64,000 nt of DNA from Octopus vulgaris (lineage: Eukaryota): the NCBI GenBank assembly GCA_951406725.2, contig OX597830.1:19654001-19718000 (forward strand). Direction: 5' to 3'. Under the pieces are notes generated by a model. The model saw only the letters and a program-made list of their open reading frames with translations, searched no databases and was not told the origin of the DNA. The position numbers and the translations under genes were made by a program. This document shows, one piece after another, positions 1 to 11,837 of this stretch. Every line of letters begins with the position of its first letter. Position 1 is the first letter of the stretch.

Positions 1-39
1 GGACTATATTAGTAATTATAATGTTTCTAAGCACAAGGC

Positions 40-343
40 CAGCCCCGTTGACAATGCAAATATATGTGAAACTACCACCTGTGTCATCTCTTGTGAAAGG
101 TAGGAGAGTCCAGTTTGCTGGACATTGTTGTAGAGCTGAAAACAAGGCAATTTCTACTCTTCTCCTCTGGAAACCATCTACTCGCAATACCAGAGGGTGC
201 ACACTCTCCTACCCTGATGTAATCTTCAGGGATACAGGCATCCAGCAACAGGACCTCCGTAGTGCTATGATGGACTGTGAAGTCTGGCATAGCATGGTAA
301 ATTCCATTGTCTCGACCACGGTCGAACAATGATGATGATGATG
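40..343 (+). mobile_element. RTE-clade LINE 3' end (C-terminal ORF remnant plus (TGA)n tail)
   Basis: Translation LPPVSSLVKGRRVQFAGHCCRAENKAISTLLLWKP...SAMMDCEVW matches the RRLxFAGHCxR...LLLWxP...AMxDRxxW C-terminus typical of RTE/RTE-X elements and is followed by gatgatgatgatg. Confidence 0.75.
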
Positions 344-1085
344 TTAGTCAATTTACATTGACTAACCTCAGTGGAATTTGAACTCAGAATGTGAAGACAG
401 GCAAAACGCCGCTAAGCATTTTACCCACCGTGCTAATGATTCTACTAACTCACTGCATTGAGAGAAGAGATAATATTAAAAAATATTCTATTTTTGGCCC
501 TCAAAGTATGAAGTACAAAGTTTAGCTTGGTGGGGTTTGAACTTAGGCAGAAGGCTGGAATGAATACTCTAAGTCATTTTATATGATGGTCTCTAATGAT
601 TTTGCCAGTTTGCTTGAAAGTGTCTTCTACTATAGCCCTGGGCTAACTAAAGCCTTGTGAGTAGATTTGATTGACAGTAACAGAAAGAAGCCTTTCACAC
701 ACACACACCTACACACATGTATGTGTATTTATGTGTGCTTGTGTGTATGTATGTGTTTTTGTCTTGACATCACATGATGGTTGTAAACGAGCATCACCAT
801 CATACAAGTGGTATTTATTTTCAATCTTCTGTGGAAAACATGTCTAGCCATGGGAAAATATTACCTTGCTTGGGGATAGGTGAGAGTTAGCAACAAGAAG
901 CGTATCCAGCTGTAGAAAGTTCATTTCAGCAATTTCTGTCTAACCCATGCAAGCATGGAAAAGTGGACGTTAAATGATGATGGTTATGTGTTTCTTGTGT
1001 GAGAGATTAATATATTGATTCTGTTATTAAATAATCAATTAATTAATTAATTAATTAATTAATTTTTTTTTTTTTATTTTGTCAG

Positions 1086-1182
1086 ATTTCCTCTGTTCAC
1101 AACAATACATCGGATGTGTTTAGGTGAAGTTCCTGTCGACAAATTCATCAGCTGCCTTAAAAACCACCCTGAACATCACTAA
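1086..1182 (+). CDS. GPD1: Terminal coding exon of cytosolic NAD-dependent glycerol-3-phosphate dehydrogenase (GPD1/GPD1L-like); upstream exons lie outside the window
   Basis: Long T tract plus gtcag| acceptor at 1085. After one phase nucleotide it reads FPLFTTIHRMCLGEVPVDKFISCLKNHPEHH* (TAA 1180-1182), matching the conserved FPLF...C...P...FI.CL.NHPEH C-terminus of animal GPDH-C. Confidence 0.88.
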
Positions 1183-4097
1183 GGAGAATAAAAAAGAAAA
1201 ACATTTCCTTATCTTTTAAACAAAAATGTTTTGGTCAGAAAAGACAAAACATACAAAAAAAAAAATCCTGTATTTTTTTTTAAAGGGTTACCTTTTTTTT
1301 TTTTTTTTTTAACACTTAAGAAAACTGAACTGAATTTACTGGTACCAAACCTAATGAAACCCAAACAAATTTAAGCAAACCAGAAAGTCAAAAAACCCCA
1401 AAACACCATCTAATTACAAGCTCCCATCAAACCTCCAAACTTTTAAACTTTTTTAAATTTAAAAAAAAAAAAAAAGAAAATCTATTACTGCTGCTGCTGT
1501 TTTTTTTTTTGTATATTTTTAGTTTTTAAGAATTTGGGAAATTTCGCAGAACGATGGGGATAATGATTAATAATAATAATGATGATAATAAAATTAGTAA
1601 TAATAACAATAATGATAATAATAATGATAATAATATTGTTTCTAATTTAAGTACAAGGTCAACAATTTTGAGGGGAGGGGGTTGGTCGAAGATATTGACT
1701 CAGGTCCTTGACTGGTATGTTATTTTATTGCTCCTGCTCTAAGATTTGAACTAAGGACACAAGGTACTCGAATAAATGCTGTAAGGTTCTTTGTTCTAAT
1801 GTTTCTTTTAATCCACTGCCATAATAATAATAATAATTCTTTTTACTGGAAGCACACGGCCTCAAATTTGGGGGAAGGGATTAAGTCGATTACATCGACC
1901 TCAGTAGTACATAACTGGCACTTATTTAGTCAACCTTGAAAGTATGAAAGGCAAAGTCAACCTCGGCGGAATTTGAACTCTAATAATAATAATTGTTTCA
2001 AATTTTAGCTTAAAACCAACAATTTTAAGTGGGGTGAGCTTAGTTCAATTACATTGACCTTAGTGCTTGATTGGTACTTAATTTCACTGATTCTGAAAAA
2101 AAAAAAAATCAAAGGGTAAGGTTGAGTTTGGCAGGATTTGAGCTCGGAATGTAGAGAGTTGGAAGCGATTCTGTGAAGCAATTTTTCTGACATGCTAATG
2201 CTTCTGCCAGCTCACTGTCCTAATAATAATAATAATGGTAATTGTTATAATCACAAGGCCTGGAATTTTGGGAAAGGTTGTAGTTGATTATATCGGATCC
2301 TCCCCCAGTACTTCACTGGTGGTTCATTTTAATGACCTTTGCAAAAAGATGAAAATATGGAGTTCAGTTTGGGAGGATTTGAACTCAGAAAGTAAAGGTT
2401 TGTAGCTTAATGCTGTTAAGCATTTTGTCAAACACTCTGATGATTCTGCCAATGAAAGCGCCTGAGTCTATATCAATTAATACAATAGTACCTACCTACC
2501 TACCTATCTTTTTTGTCATGCTCTGAACTGTGGAATGAAATTAAATGCATAAAATTTACATTATTCGTTAGACAATTGACTGATAAACTATTGAACAAAA
2601 TTGAAGATATAGTCTATTAGAGATATAACATTTACATTATCCATGAGACTGCTATGTTTTTATGTTTTGGAATTTGCCATTCAGTTGGGCAACTACTATA
2701 TTTTGTTCACTGTGGCTGGCTTCAAATCTATCTTGAATTCTTCTCTGATAAGAAAATTCCGATGTAATACAGTGTGTTAAGATTTGTTAAAACTTTGCCA
2801 ATTTAGATGTACAGTAGCAGAATGATATTTTAAATAATGTCTTCAATTTTGTTCCATGGTTAAAATTGTTTATGATGTAAATTGAAAAATAATAGATTAC
2901 AGCTTTCTAGGTAGGCGCAGGAGTGGCTGTGTGGTAAGTAGCTTGCTTACCAACCACATGGTTCTGGGTTCATTCCCTCTGCGCGGCACCTTCTACTATA
3001 GGCTCGGGTCGACCAAAGCCTTGTGAGTGGATTTGGTAGACGGAAACTGAAAGATGTCCGTCGCTTATATGTATATATATATGTATGTGTGTGTATATGT
3101 TTGTGTGTCTGTGTTTGTCCCTCCAACATCGCTTGACAACCGATGCTGAAAAAACATTGGAGCATGGTCGTTGCCACTAGACTGGCTCCTGTGCAGGTGG
3201 CACATAAAAAACACCATTTGAGTGTGGCCGTTGACAGTACCACCTGACTGGCTCTCGTGCCGGTGGCACGTAAAATCACCTACTACATTCTCGGAGTGGT
3301 TGACGTTAGGAAGGTCATCCAGCTGTAGAAATTCTGCCAGATCAGATTGGAACCTGGTGCCACCATCTGGTTCGCCAGACCTCAGTCAAATCGTCCAATC
3401 CATGCTAGCATGGAAAGTGGATGTTAAACGATGATGATGATGATGAATTTATACGGGGATTGCTGCTGCTGCTAATTCTTTCTAATTTCGGTACAAGGTC
3501 AGAAATTAAAGGGTGTTGGGGTACATCGACCCGAGTACTTTATTTTATCGACTTTGGAAGGATAAAAGCAAAAGTTGACCCAGGTGGAATTTGAACTCAG
3601 AATGTAAAGAGCTGGAAGAAATGCAGCAAATATTCTATCCAACGCGCTAACGATTCTACCAGCAGCTCACCGTCTTCATAATCTTTTCTACAATATGCAC
3701 AAGGCCTGAAATTTGAAGGGAGGGTGCTAGTTGATGCTCCAGTGTTCAACTGGTACTTATTTCATCGACCCCGTAAGGATGAAAGTCAAAGCCGACCTCG
3801 GCGGAATTTGAACTCATAACGTAAATAGCCGGAAGATGTGCTGCGAAACGTTTTGTCCAGTGTGCTAACGAGTTTGTCTGCTCGCTGAATTCTGTTTGAA
3901 ATTTTGGTACAAGGCCAGCAATTTTGATGGGAGGCGATTAGTGGACACCAGTATTTCACTGGTATTTATTTTATTATCGAGTCCGAAAGGATAAAAAAAG
4001 TTGATTTCGGTGGGATTCCATTTCAGAATGTGAAGAGGCAAAAATAATGCCGCCAAGCATTTCTTTCAATATGCTTATGATTCTTATCTCTTTACTG

Positions 4098-4660
4098 TCA
4101 AGAGGGGACAAACAAGGACAGACAGACGGATTAAGTCGATTATATCGACCCCAGTGTGTAACTGGTACTTATTTAATCGACCCCGAAAGGATGAAAGGCA
4201 ACGTCGAACTCGGTGGAATTTGAACTCAGAATGTAGCGGCAGACGATATACCTATTTCTTTACTACCCACAAGGGGCTAAACACAGAGAGAGGACAGACA
4301 AACTGGTTAAGTTGATTATATCGACCCCAGTTCGTAACTGGTACTTATTTAATCAACCCCTAAAGGACGAAAGGCAAAGTCGACTTCAGCGGAATTTGAA
4401 CTCAGAGCGTAACGGCAGACGAAATACCTATTTCTTTACTACCCACAATGGGCTAAACACAGAGAGAACAAACAAGGACAGTTAAAAGGATTAAATCGAT
4501 TATATCGACCCCAGTGCGTAACTGGTACTTAATTTATCGACCTCGAAAGGATGAAAGGCAAAGTCAACCTCGGTGGAATTTGAACTCAGAATGTAGCGGC
4601 AGACGAAATACCGCTAAGCATTTCGTCCGGCGTGCTAACGTTTCTGCCAGCTCACTACCT
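4098..4660 (-). mobile_element. SINE family B trimer (~180-bp body repeated three times behind a single head)
   Basis: Sense consensus ggcgagctggcagaaacgttagcacgccgggcgaaatgcttagcggtatttcg...gagttcaaattcc...gcctttcatcctttcggggtcgataaattaagtacc. Many degenerate copies at 350-600, 1640-2450, 3480-4080 and 4680-4850. Confidence 0.85.
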
Positions 4661-5030
4661 TTGAATAATGTTTCTGATTTAAATACAAGGCCAGGAATTT
4701 TGAGGGAGAGGGAAAGTAGACGATACAGGTGATCCAGTACTTGACTAGTAATTTTCAACTCGAGTGGGATGAAAGGTAGAGTTAACTCCATCGAGATTTG
4801 AACTCAGAACATTAACAGCCTGAAAGAATGTCCTGTACTCTATTTTTTCGTTGTTTAAGAAAAATGTCCATTTCCTTGGTTTTGTGTTTATGTTTTCGTT
4901 TCCCATTGTGTTCGACGTTTTTTTTGGTGTCCTGTACCCATATATGCATGTATATATATACATATAGATGTAGGTACGTACATATATGTATGTATATATG
5001 CATGTGTTTTATTAATTAATTTGTTATTAT

Positions 5031-5063
<33 letters not shown>

Positions 5064-5718
5064 GAAGATGGAGTAGTCATTGAGGGAACGCTTTTGACCA
5101 AAGATTTCCTCAATCTGGACTAACTTGGAGACAAACATCAGCGATAGAATAATTCTAATTCATCACCACACATCATTGACGAACTAATAAGATAGTGACG
5201 TTCATTGTAGCGTTCTGTGCGATGATGCAAAAGACCAGGTTTATAAACGAATTTTCTATGACAAATTGAATCTCAGCTAGAGTTATCTTCCCTTAAATCA
5301 TGGGGGATAACTCCAGCGATACTCAATTTACTAACTTCATACCCACATTACTAACTTCACCACCACCAGTAGAGTCAGATATAACGTATACCCGTTTTTC
5401 AAATGTTCCATATCAATGTTAGTGTGGTTTCTCCTCAAATAATCCGTTATCGACCGAGTGCAGAAGATAGATAATCGACGATGTTTTAGCCATAACTAAT
5501 TCGTCTTTTTGTAAATCCAAAGCTACGTCGCTGATATATCTTTGGATTTTAAGAAGAAGAAGAAGAAAAGAAAAAAAGGGGTGTGATGTGACACAAGTTT
5601 GGCTGCTATTTCTAGCCGGTTGAGCAACAACGTAGAAACTCTCCATTTTGAGTTATGGTTGTTTGTCATCGTTCAGCCCCAGATTGATCCCGATCAAATA
5701 GATCTTTAACTAAAGATA

Positions 5719-6090
5719 GGCGTAGGAGTGGCTGTGTGGTAAGTAGCTTGCTTACCAACCACATAGTTCCGGGTTCAGTCCTACTTGGGCGAGTCTTCCA
5801 CTATAGCCTCGGACTGACCAAAGCTTTGTGAGTGAATTTGGTAGACGGGAACTGAAAGAAACCCGTTGTATATGTATAAATACACACACACACACGTGTG
5901 TGTGTGTGTTTGTGTCTTTTTGTCCCACCACCATCACTTGACAACCGATGTTGGTGTGCTTACGTCCCCGTAACACAGCGATTCTGCAAAAGAGACCGAT
6001 AGAATAAGTCCTTGGGTCGAGTTGTTCGACTAAAGGCGGTGCTCCAGCATGGCCACAGTCAAATGACTGAAACAAATAAAAGAATAAAAT
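5719..6090 (+). mobile_element. tRNA-derived SINE family A (ggcgcaggagtggctgtgtggtaag head, internal (TA)/(TG) microsatellite, gtaaaaga tail)
   Basis: Multi-copy in this window; A/B-box-like head with gggttcagtccc. Confidence 0.85.
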
Positions 6091-6134
6091 AATGCTTTTC
6101 TTTCGTTTTTCGCAGATGTATTATATTGCCTTTT

Positions 6135-6550
6135 GTCTTTTAGTCATTTAACTACGACCATGCTGGGGCACCGCCTTGAAGGTTTTTTTTTCTTTAGTCG
6201 AACAAATCGACTCCAGGACTTTCTATTTTCAAAGCCTAGTACTTATTCTATTAGTCTCTTTTGCCGAAATGCTAAGTTACGGGGACGTAAACACACCAAC
6301 ACCTGTCGTCAAGAAAGAAAGAAAGTGGGGACAAACACTGACACAAAGACTCACATACATAGATATATATACACATACACACATACATATATACATGGGA
6401 CGGGCTTCTTTTAGTTTCCATTTACTAAATCCAATAACAAAGCTTATAATCGGTCCGAGGCTATAGTAGAAAACACCTGCTCAAGGTGCCGCGTAGTGGG
6501 ACTGAACCCGGAACCATGTGGTTAGGAAGGAAGTTTCTTACCACACAGCC
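6135..6550 (-). mobile_element. SINE family A copy
   Basis: Reverse-complement match to the family A consensus. Confidence 0.8.
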
Positions 6551-7094
6551 CTGGAAATATATTCCCCAATGTTCTTTTATTTTTCAATATTTTTTTCTTT
6601 CTTTGTCTGTAGAGGAGTTTTACCGATTAAATAAGAAGAAATAGGAAAAAAAGAGGGAAAGAAAAAAAGGAGGAGGAGTAAAGCAGCATAATGTAGAGGG
6701 GGAAGGGGAGATGGGTACATACCCCAGAACAAATGACGCGGTCATCCACGACCCGCGGTAATGACCGCGATGGCGTTGCCGTGGAGAATAGCCAAGGACA
6801 CTCTCAAAGTGGCTTTCCACTTTGAAGACAACAAAGCAGCCCCGGGCAAAGTACGGCTGCGGAACTTTCTGAATGAAATACCAATTTTTTTTAAAAATTC
6901 AAATATATTTTAGCCATAGAAGCAGTATTAATATCAAAAGCTAATATTTATTCCCACTTAAACGTGAATCTTCTATTGGACTTTATTGCTGTATATAACG
7001 TGAGAGAAACTATCATATAGGCTTTAAGTGCAAAATCCACGCTGTTTTATATTGCTAGTGGGGAGACAAATCCTCACTAACGTAAGTGTCGAGA

Positions 7095-7141
7095 CCACCA
7101 GTTCACTTGATTTCGACCTTCCTTGGTCTCGTCAGTAACGG
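7095..7141 (-). ncRNA. Type I hammerhead motif with a U16.1->A mutation
   Basis: ccgtta CTGACGA gacc aaggaa ggtc GAAA tcaagtga AC tggtgg. Confidence 0.6.
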
Positions 7142-8095
7142 ACGCTCGACTACTACAAATAACAGCGACCCATCTCCCCGCCAGCGATATATAGAAAATC
7201 AGTGCCAGAACAGGTGCTGGTGTCGTGATTGCTTTAGCGACAGAGGCAGAGCCATATTTCATGCAACTTGTCTCTCGAAAAAAGTTACTCATGTCTTCTT
7301 TAACGTGTGGTTTGTCAGAGATTTGGCTTCTATTTCTAGCAAGGTCCTGCATTTTATGGGGAAACTTTTTGGTCGGTTGACACCGAAAGAAAGAATACAA
7401 AGCAATGGAAAACAATATAACAAAACACATTGAAGTATGAACTTAAGACGACTTTTATAGTTTTTATTTCATTCTTTATCTCTGGAACCATGGCCATACT
7501 GTAACACCATCTTCAAAGGTTTATACCATCTTAGCTCATATATCCACCTCACATTTTATCTGTTGTGTTTTTTTATTGCATAGTTTCTCTAGACCCATTT
7601 TTCGCTCAGAAGTATATGATCGATCCGAACCGTCACAGAAACCACTTGCTCAAGGAAGCAGATGGTTGCGAAGCGAACTTTATAACCACAACATAAGACG
7701 GCCATACGAGCGCCTTGCCAACAAGAGAGCTTTATCTAGCCATTGTGATCATGGAAGTCATTGTTTCAAATGAAAACAATTGTTCTTGCATCGGTGGTTG
7801 GTAATTGGTGACGGTGAACGGTCCAACGCTGAGATGACTGAGTAACGAACAGTAGCGTACCTAGCACAAGTGACAACCGGGGCGGATGTTTATTTGGCGG
7901 CCCCTTAAAAGTTCTAACAGCACTTCAAAACGCCAAAAACGGAATGATACAGGTATATATGTATGCTAAATAAGAAGACAAACTGTAGCAACCACTTATT
8001 TCCCTTAAATTTACTTTTACTATGTTTATACACAGAAAATAATAGGAAAAATATATTAGAGAACAGAAGGTGAGTGAATTACAAAAATTAACGAT

Positions 8096-9813
8096 TTACA
8101 AATTGATTTTACGTGCCTTCCTCTTCGCGAAATCTTGAATGACTTCATCAAAATTAATTTTATCCGCAAGATCGCACTCTATGGATAGTATTGCCAAATC
8201 AGTCAGCCTTGTCTGACCTATTGTTGACCTGAAGGTGGTTCTTGGTGAGCTTTAGTCAAGAAAAAGACCGTTCGCGCGCTAGCAACACTAATGGCACGAG
8301 TTAGGAAGACTCTTAAAAGTATTACAATAATTGGCAATGAATCAATAAGATTATATTTCCGAATGAATTGAAGAACTTACAAAGACCCTTCTATGTCTTC
8401 GGCGTCAGCAGCCGCCAAATAATTTTGCAGTCTTGCTCTTTCAACCAGAAAGTATCCTCTCTGAATATTCTCATCAAAAGCATATACATCACAATTAACA
8501 CGCTTTATCTAACAAATTGGACGGTGTGAGAAAGGTATATTTCTTTGCAATATTGTGAAGTCTTTAGAATCTAGAGGTTATTTCTTCAACCAGTCTATCT
8601 ATCACTGACAACATTTCTCTTCTTAGCTCAGCGTCGTAGTTGAGAGCGGCATCGATTCTTTCTTCATAGCTCATTCTTTTTTTTTTTTTTTTTTTTTTTG
8701 CGAATTCGACGCTCTGTGCTGATTCCCATATCAGAGCAAATTTCGGTTGAATAGGCCAACGCGTCATCTACTTGTTTTGTCTCTGCTTGCAAAAAGAAGT
8801 TTTCAAGGCTGATAGTTTAATGGTACGTTGTTGCAACTCCAGACCTTTCGTTTGGAGGTACTTTTGAGTGTCATTCATTTCAGGAAATATATCTCTCCAA
8901 AGGCTGAAAAGTGACAAGAAAGAAAATGACAGCATCGCCTGAAGAATTAAACCTGCATCAGATCTCGTAGTTTCGTTTTCTGCATCTTTCATCAACCGTT
9001 CGTGGAGGCGCAATGGCCCAGTGGTTAGGGCAGCGGACTCGCGGTCGTAGGATCGCAGTTTCGATTCCCAGACCGGGCTTTGTGAGTGTTTATTAAGCGA
9101 AAACACCTAAAGCTCCATGAGGCTCCGGCAGGGATGGTGGTAATCCCTGCTGTACTATTTCACCACAACTTTCTCTCACTCTTTCTTCCTGTTTCTGTTG
9201 TACCTTGTATTTCAAAGGGCCGGCCTTGTCACTCTCTGTGTCACGCTGAATATCTCCGAGAACTACGTTAAGGGTACACGCGTCTGTGGAGTGCTCAGCC
9301 ACTTACACGTTAATTTCACGAGCAGGCTGTTCCGTTGATCGGATCAACCGGAACCCTCGTCGTCGTAACCGACGGAGTGCTTCCATCCATCAACCGTTCT
9401 AGCGCAGCGATGGTTTCCGTGAATTTTGCATGTACAGCTTTCACTGCATCTGCTCGACTACTCCATCTCGTTTCTCCAGCCCGTTTGATAGTTGCACCAG
9501 TTATCTCAATCAAGATATCCCATCGATGTGTTGAGGCTGAGAAGAATGAAAATAAACGGTTCATTGTGCCCCAAAAAAATGTAACTGAATCTGCACCCAC
9601 TGAAGCTGCTAAATTCAGAGAGTGATTGGTGCATGGCACAAATACAATCTTTGGATTAACTTCTGTGATGTGCGCTTGAACACCGGATCGATGACCTGCC
9701 ATTACTGCCGCCTTATCAAATGCTTGTCCACGACAGTCTTGAATGTTAATGTCGTCCATTTCTAATTGTTTCAGAATCATTGATGTAACTTGCTCAGCAT
9801 TTTTGCCTTTCAT
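8096..9813 (-). pseudogene. Decayed hAT-superfamily transposase (ZMYM1/PRKRIR-like), 5' part missing, interrupted by a SINE
   Basis: CRGQAFDKAAVMAGHRSGVQ...FVPCTNHSLNL (CxxH motif), ETRWSSR (TRW motif), and C-terminal dimerisation domain remnants (FLTRAISVAS.ERSFS.LKL...RSTIGQTRLTDLAILSIE...FDEVIQDFAKRKARKINL*), with frameshifts and stops. Confidence 0.9.
9002..9387 (+). mobile_element. tRNA-derived SINE (family D) inserted in the hAT relic with a 12-bp TSD
   Basis: Head gtggaggcgcaatggcccagtggttagggcag...gtttcgattccc (A/B boxes); TSD catcaaccgttc at 8990-9001 and 9388-9399; removing the insert rejoins ALERLM|KDAENETTR in frame. Confidence 0.92.
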
Positions 9814-9859
9814 CTCAATAATAATAATAATAATAATAATAATGAAATAATTGTATACA

Positions 9860-10024
9860 GGCGCAGGAGTGGCTGTGTGGTAAGTAGCTTGCTAACCAAC
9901 CACATGGTTCCGGGTTCAGTCCTACCGCGTGGCACCTTGGGCAAGTGTCTTCTGCTATAGCCCCGGGCCGACTAATGCCTTGTGAGTGGATTTGGCAGAC
10001 GGAAACTGAAAGAATCCTGTCGTA

Positions 10025-10067
<43 letters not shown>

Positions 10068-10300
10068 ATGTGTATGTGTGTGTGCTTGTGTGTCTGTGTT
10101 TGTCTCCCTAGCATTGCTTGACAACCGATGCTGGTGTGTTTACGTCCCTGTCACTTAGCGGTTCGGTAAAAAAGACCGACAGAATAAGTACTGGGCTTGC
10201 AAAGAATAAGTCCCGGGGTCGATTTGCTTGACTAAAGGCGGTGCTCCAGCATGGCCGCAGTCAAATGACTGAAACAAGTAAAAGAGTAAAAGAGTAAAAG
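9860..10300 (+). mobile_element. SINE family A, full length
   Basis: Head ggcgcaggagtggctgtgtgg through tail gtaaaagagtaaaagagtaaaag. Confidence 0.9.
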
Positions 10301-10602
10301 CGTGCTCAGGTGCACCACAACTTGTGAGAAGTGCGTATAAAGCAATAAAACATGATATGGCATAGAAAGAAAAATAAACACCCAGTTAGTTGTTTATGGC
10401 ATAAAAAGAAAAATAAACACCCAGTTAGTTGTTTAAAGTACTTCGTTTATTAAATCGTTTCAAAAATTATTATTTTTTTCTTAAAATTAATTTGTTTCTC
10501 AACGATGGGAATTACAAATCAGTAAAGTTTTATGATTGCTGTTGTTGTTGTTGATAATATAGGTGTGGTGGATTGAGTGTGCGCGCACGCGTGTGAGTGA
10601 GT

Positions 10603-10635
<33 letters not shown>

Positions 10636-10716
10636 CAAGAGAGAGGGAGGAGATATATCATTATATCCGTTGGGTATTGCAAAACTCCTGTATTGAACAC
10701 TCATTCTAATATTTGA

Positions 10717-10757
<41 letters not shown>

Positions 10758-11423
10758 TGATCCGTTCTGCTATAGGCACAAGAACTGAAGTTGGGAGGAG
10801 GGAGATAGTGTCGAGTATACCGACCCTAGTATTCGACTGGTACTTTTTTTCATCGACCCCCGAAAGGATGAAAGGCAATGTCGACGTCGACGGAATTTGA
10901 ACTCAGAGCGTAGCGGCAGACGAAATAAGGCTCAGCATTTCTGCCAGCTCGCCGCCGTATGCCTGCTAAATATTAACAAAAACACACATATACTCTCATT
11001 TTTTAAGTTCTACTTTTCCTGTTTGCACGAACATACCTGTGTATGTATGTATGTATGTATGTATGTATGTATGTATGTATGTATGTATGTATGCATGTAT
11101 GTACGTATGTGTGTGTGTATGTATGTATGCATGTTTCTCTCTCTTTCTCTATATCTCTCTCTCTCTATATATATATACATATATGCAAATATATCAACAT
11201 ACATATGGGCATATGCATATATATGAATGTATGTATGTATATACATGTGCGTGCATGCGCGCGCGCTTGTGTGTTTGTGCGCGTGTGTACGTGCGTGTGT
11301 GTGTGTGAAAGCATTTGTGTGTGTGAGTGCGCGGGTGTGTGTTTGTGTGTGCGTGTGTGCGTGTGTGTGTGTGTGTGCGTGTGTGTATGTGTGTGTGTGT
11401 TTGTGTGTGTGTGTGTGCGTGTG

Positions 11424-11462
<39 letters not shown>

Positions 11463-11561
11463 TGTTAGAAAAATCAGTAGATGAAACTTCTGGAATACAT
11501 TTTCGAGAAACTTTAAAAAAAGGCGTTTTCTAAATTATTATCATCATCGTTATTATTATTA

Positions 11562-11613
<52 letters not shown>

Positions 11614-11641
11614 CATTATTATTATTATTATTATTAATCTT

Positions 11642-11692
<51 letters not shown>

Positions 11693-11837
11693 CTTGTATA
11701 TGTATTTGTAAAGGTATTTAAATGTGTGTGTATATATATATATGTGAGTGTGTGTGTGTGTGTGTGTGGGCCTGTAAGTGTATACATGTATATTCGAATG
11801 TTTTTACGTACACACACACATACACTCACGCGCACAT

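Noticed and set aside
7077-7433. Overlapping 115-117-aa ORFs
   Set aside because: No recognisable domain; they overlap a hammerhead-bearing repeat.
9002-9075. tRNA genes at SINE heads (also 9860, 28886, 62066)
   Set aside because: They have A/B boxes but no proper cloverleaf or acceptor stem, and continue into SINE bodies with TSDs.
8096-9813. Domesticated ZMYM1-like host gene
   Set aside because: Frameshifts, stops, a SINE insertion and a missing N-terminus indicate a dead transposon.
10440-10460. AATAAA on the - strand as the aminotransferase polyadenylation signal
   Set aside because: Plausible, but such hexamers are common in AT-rich DNA and it cannot be assigned without transcript data.
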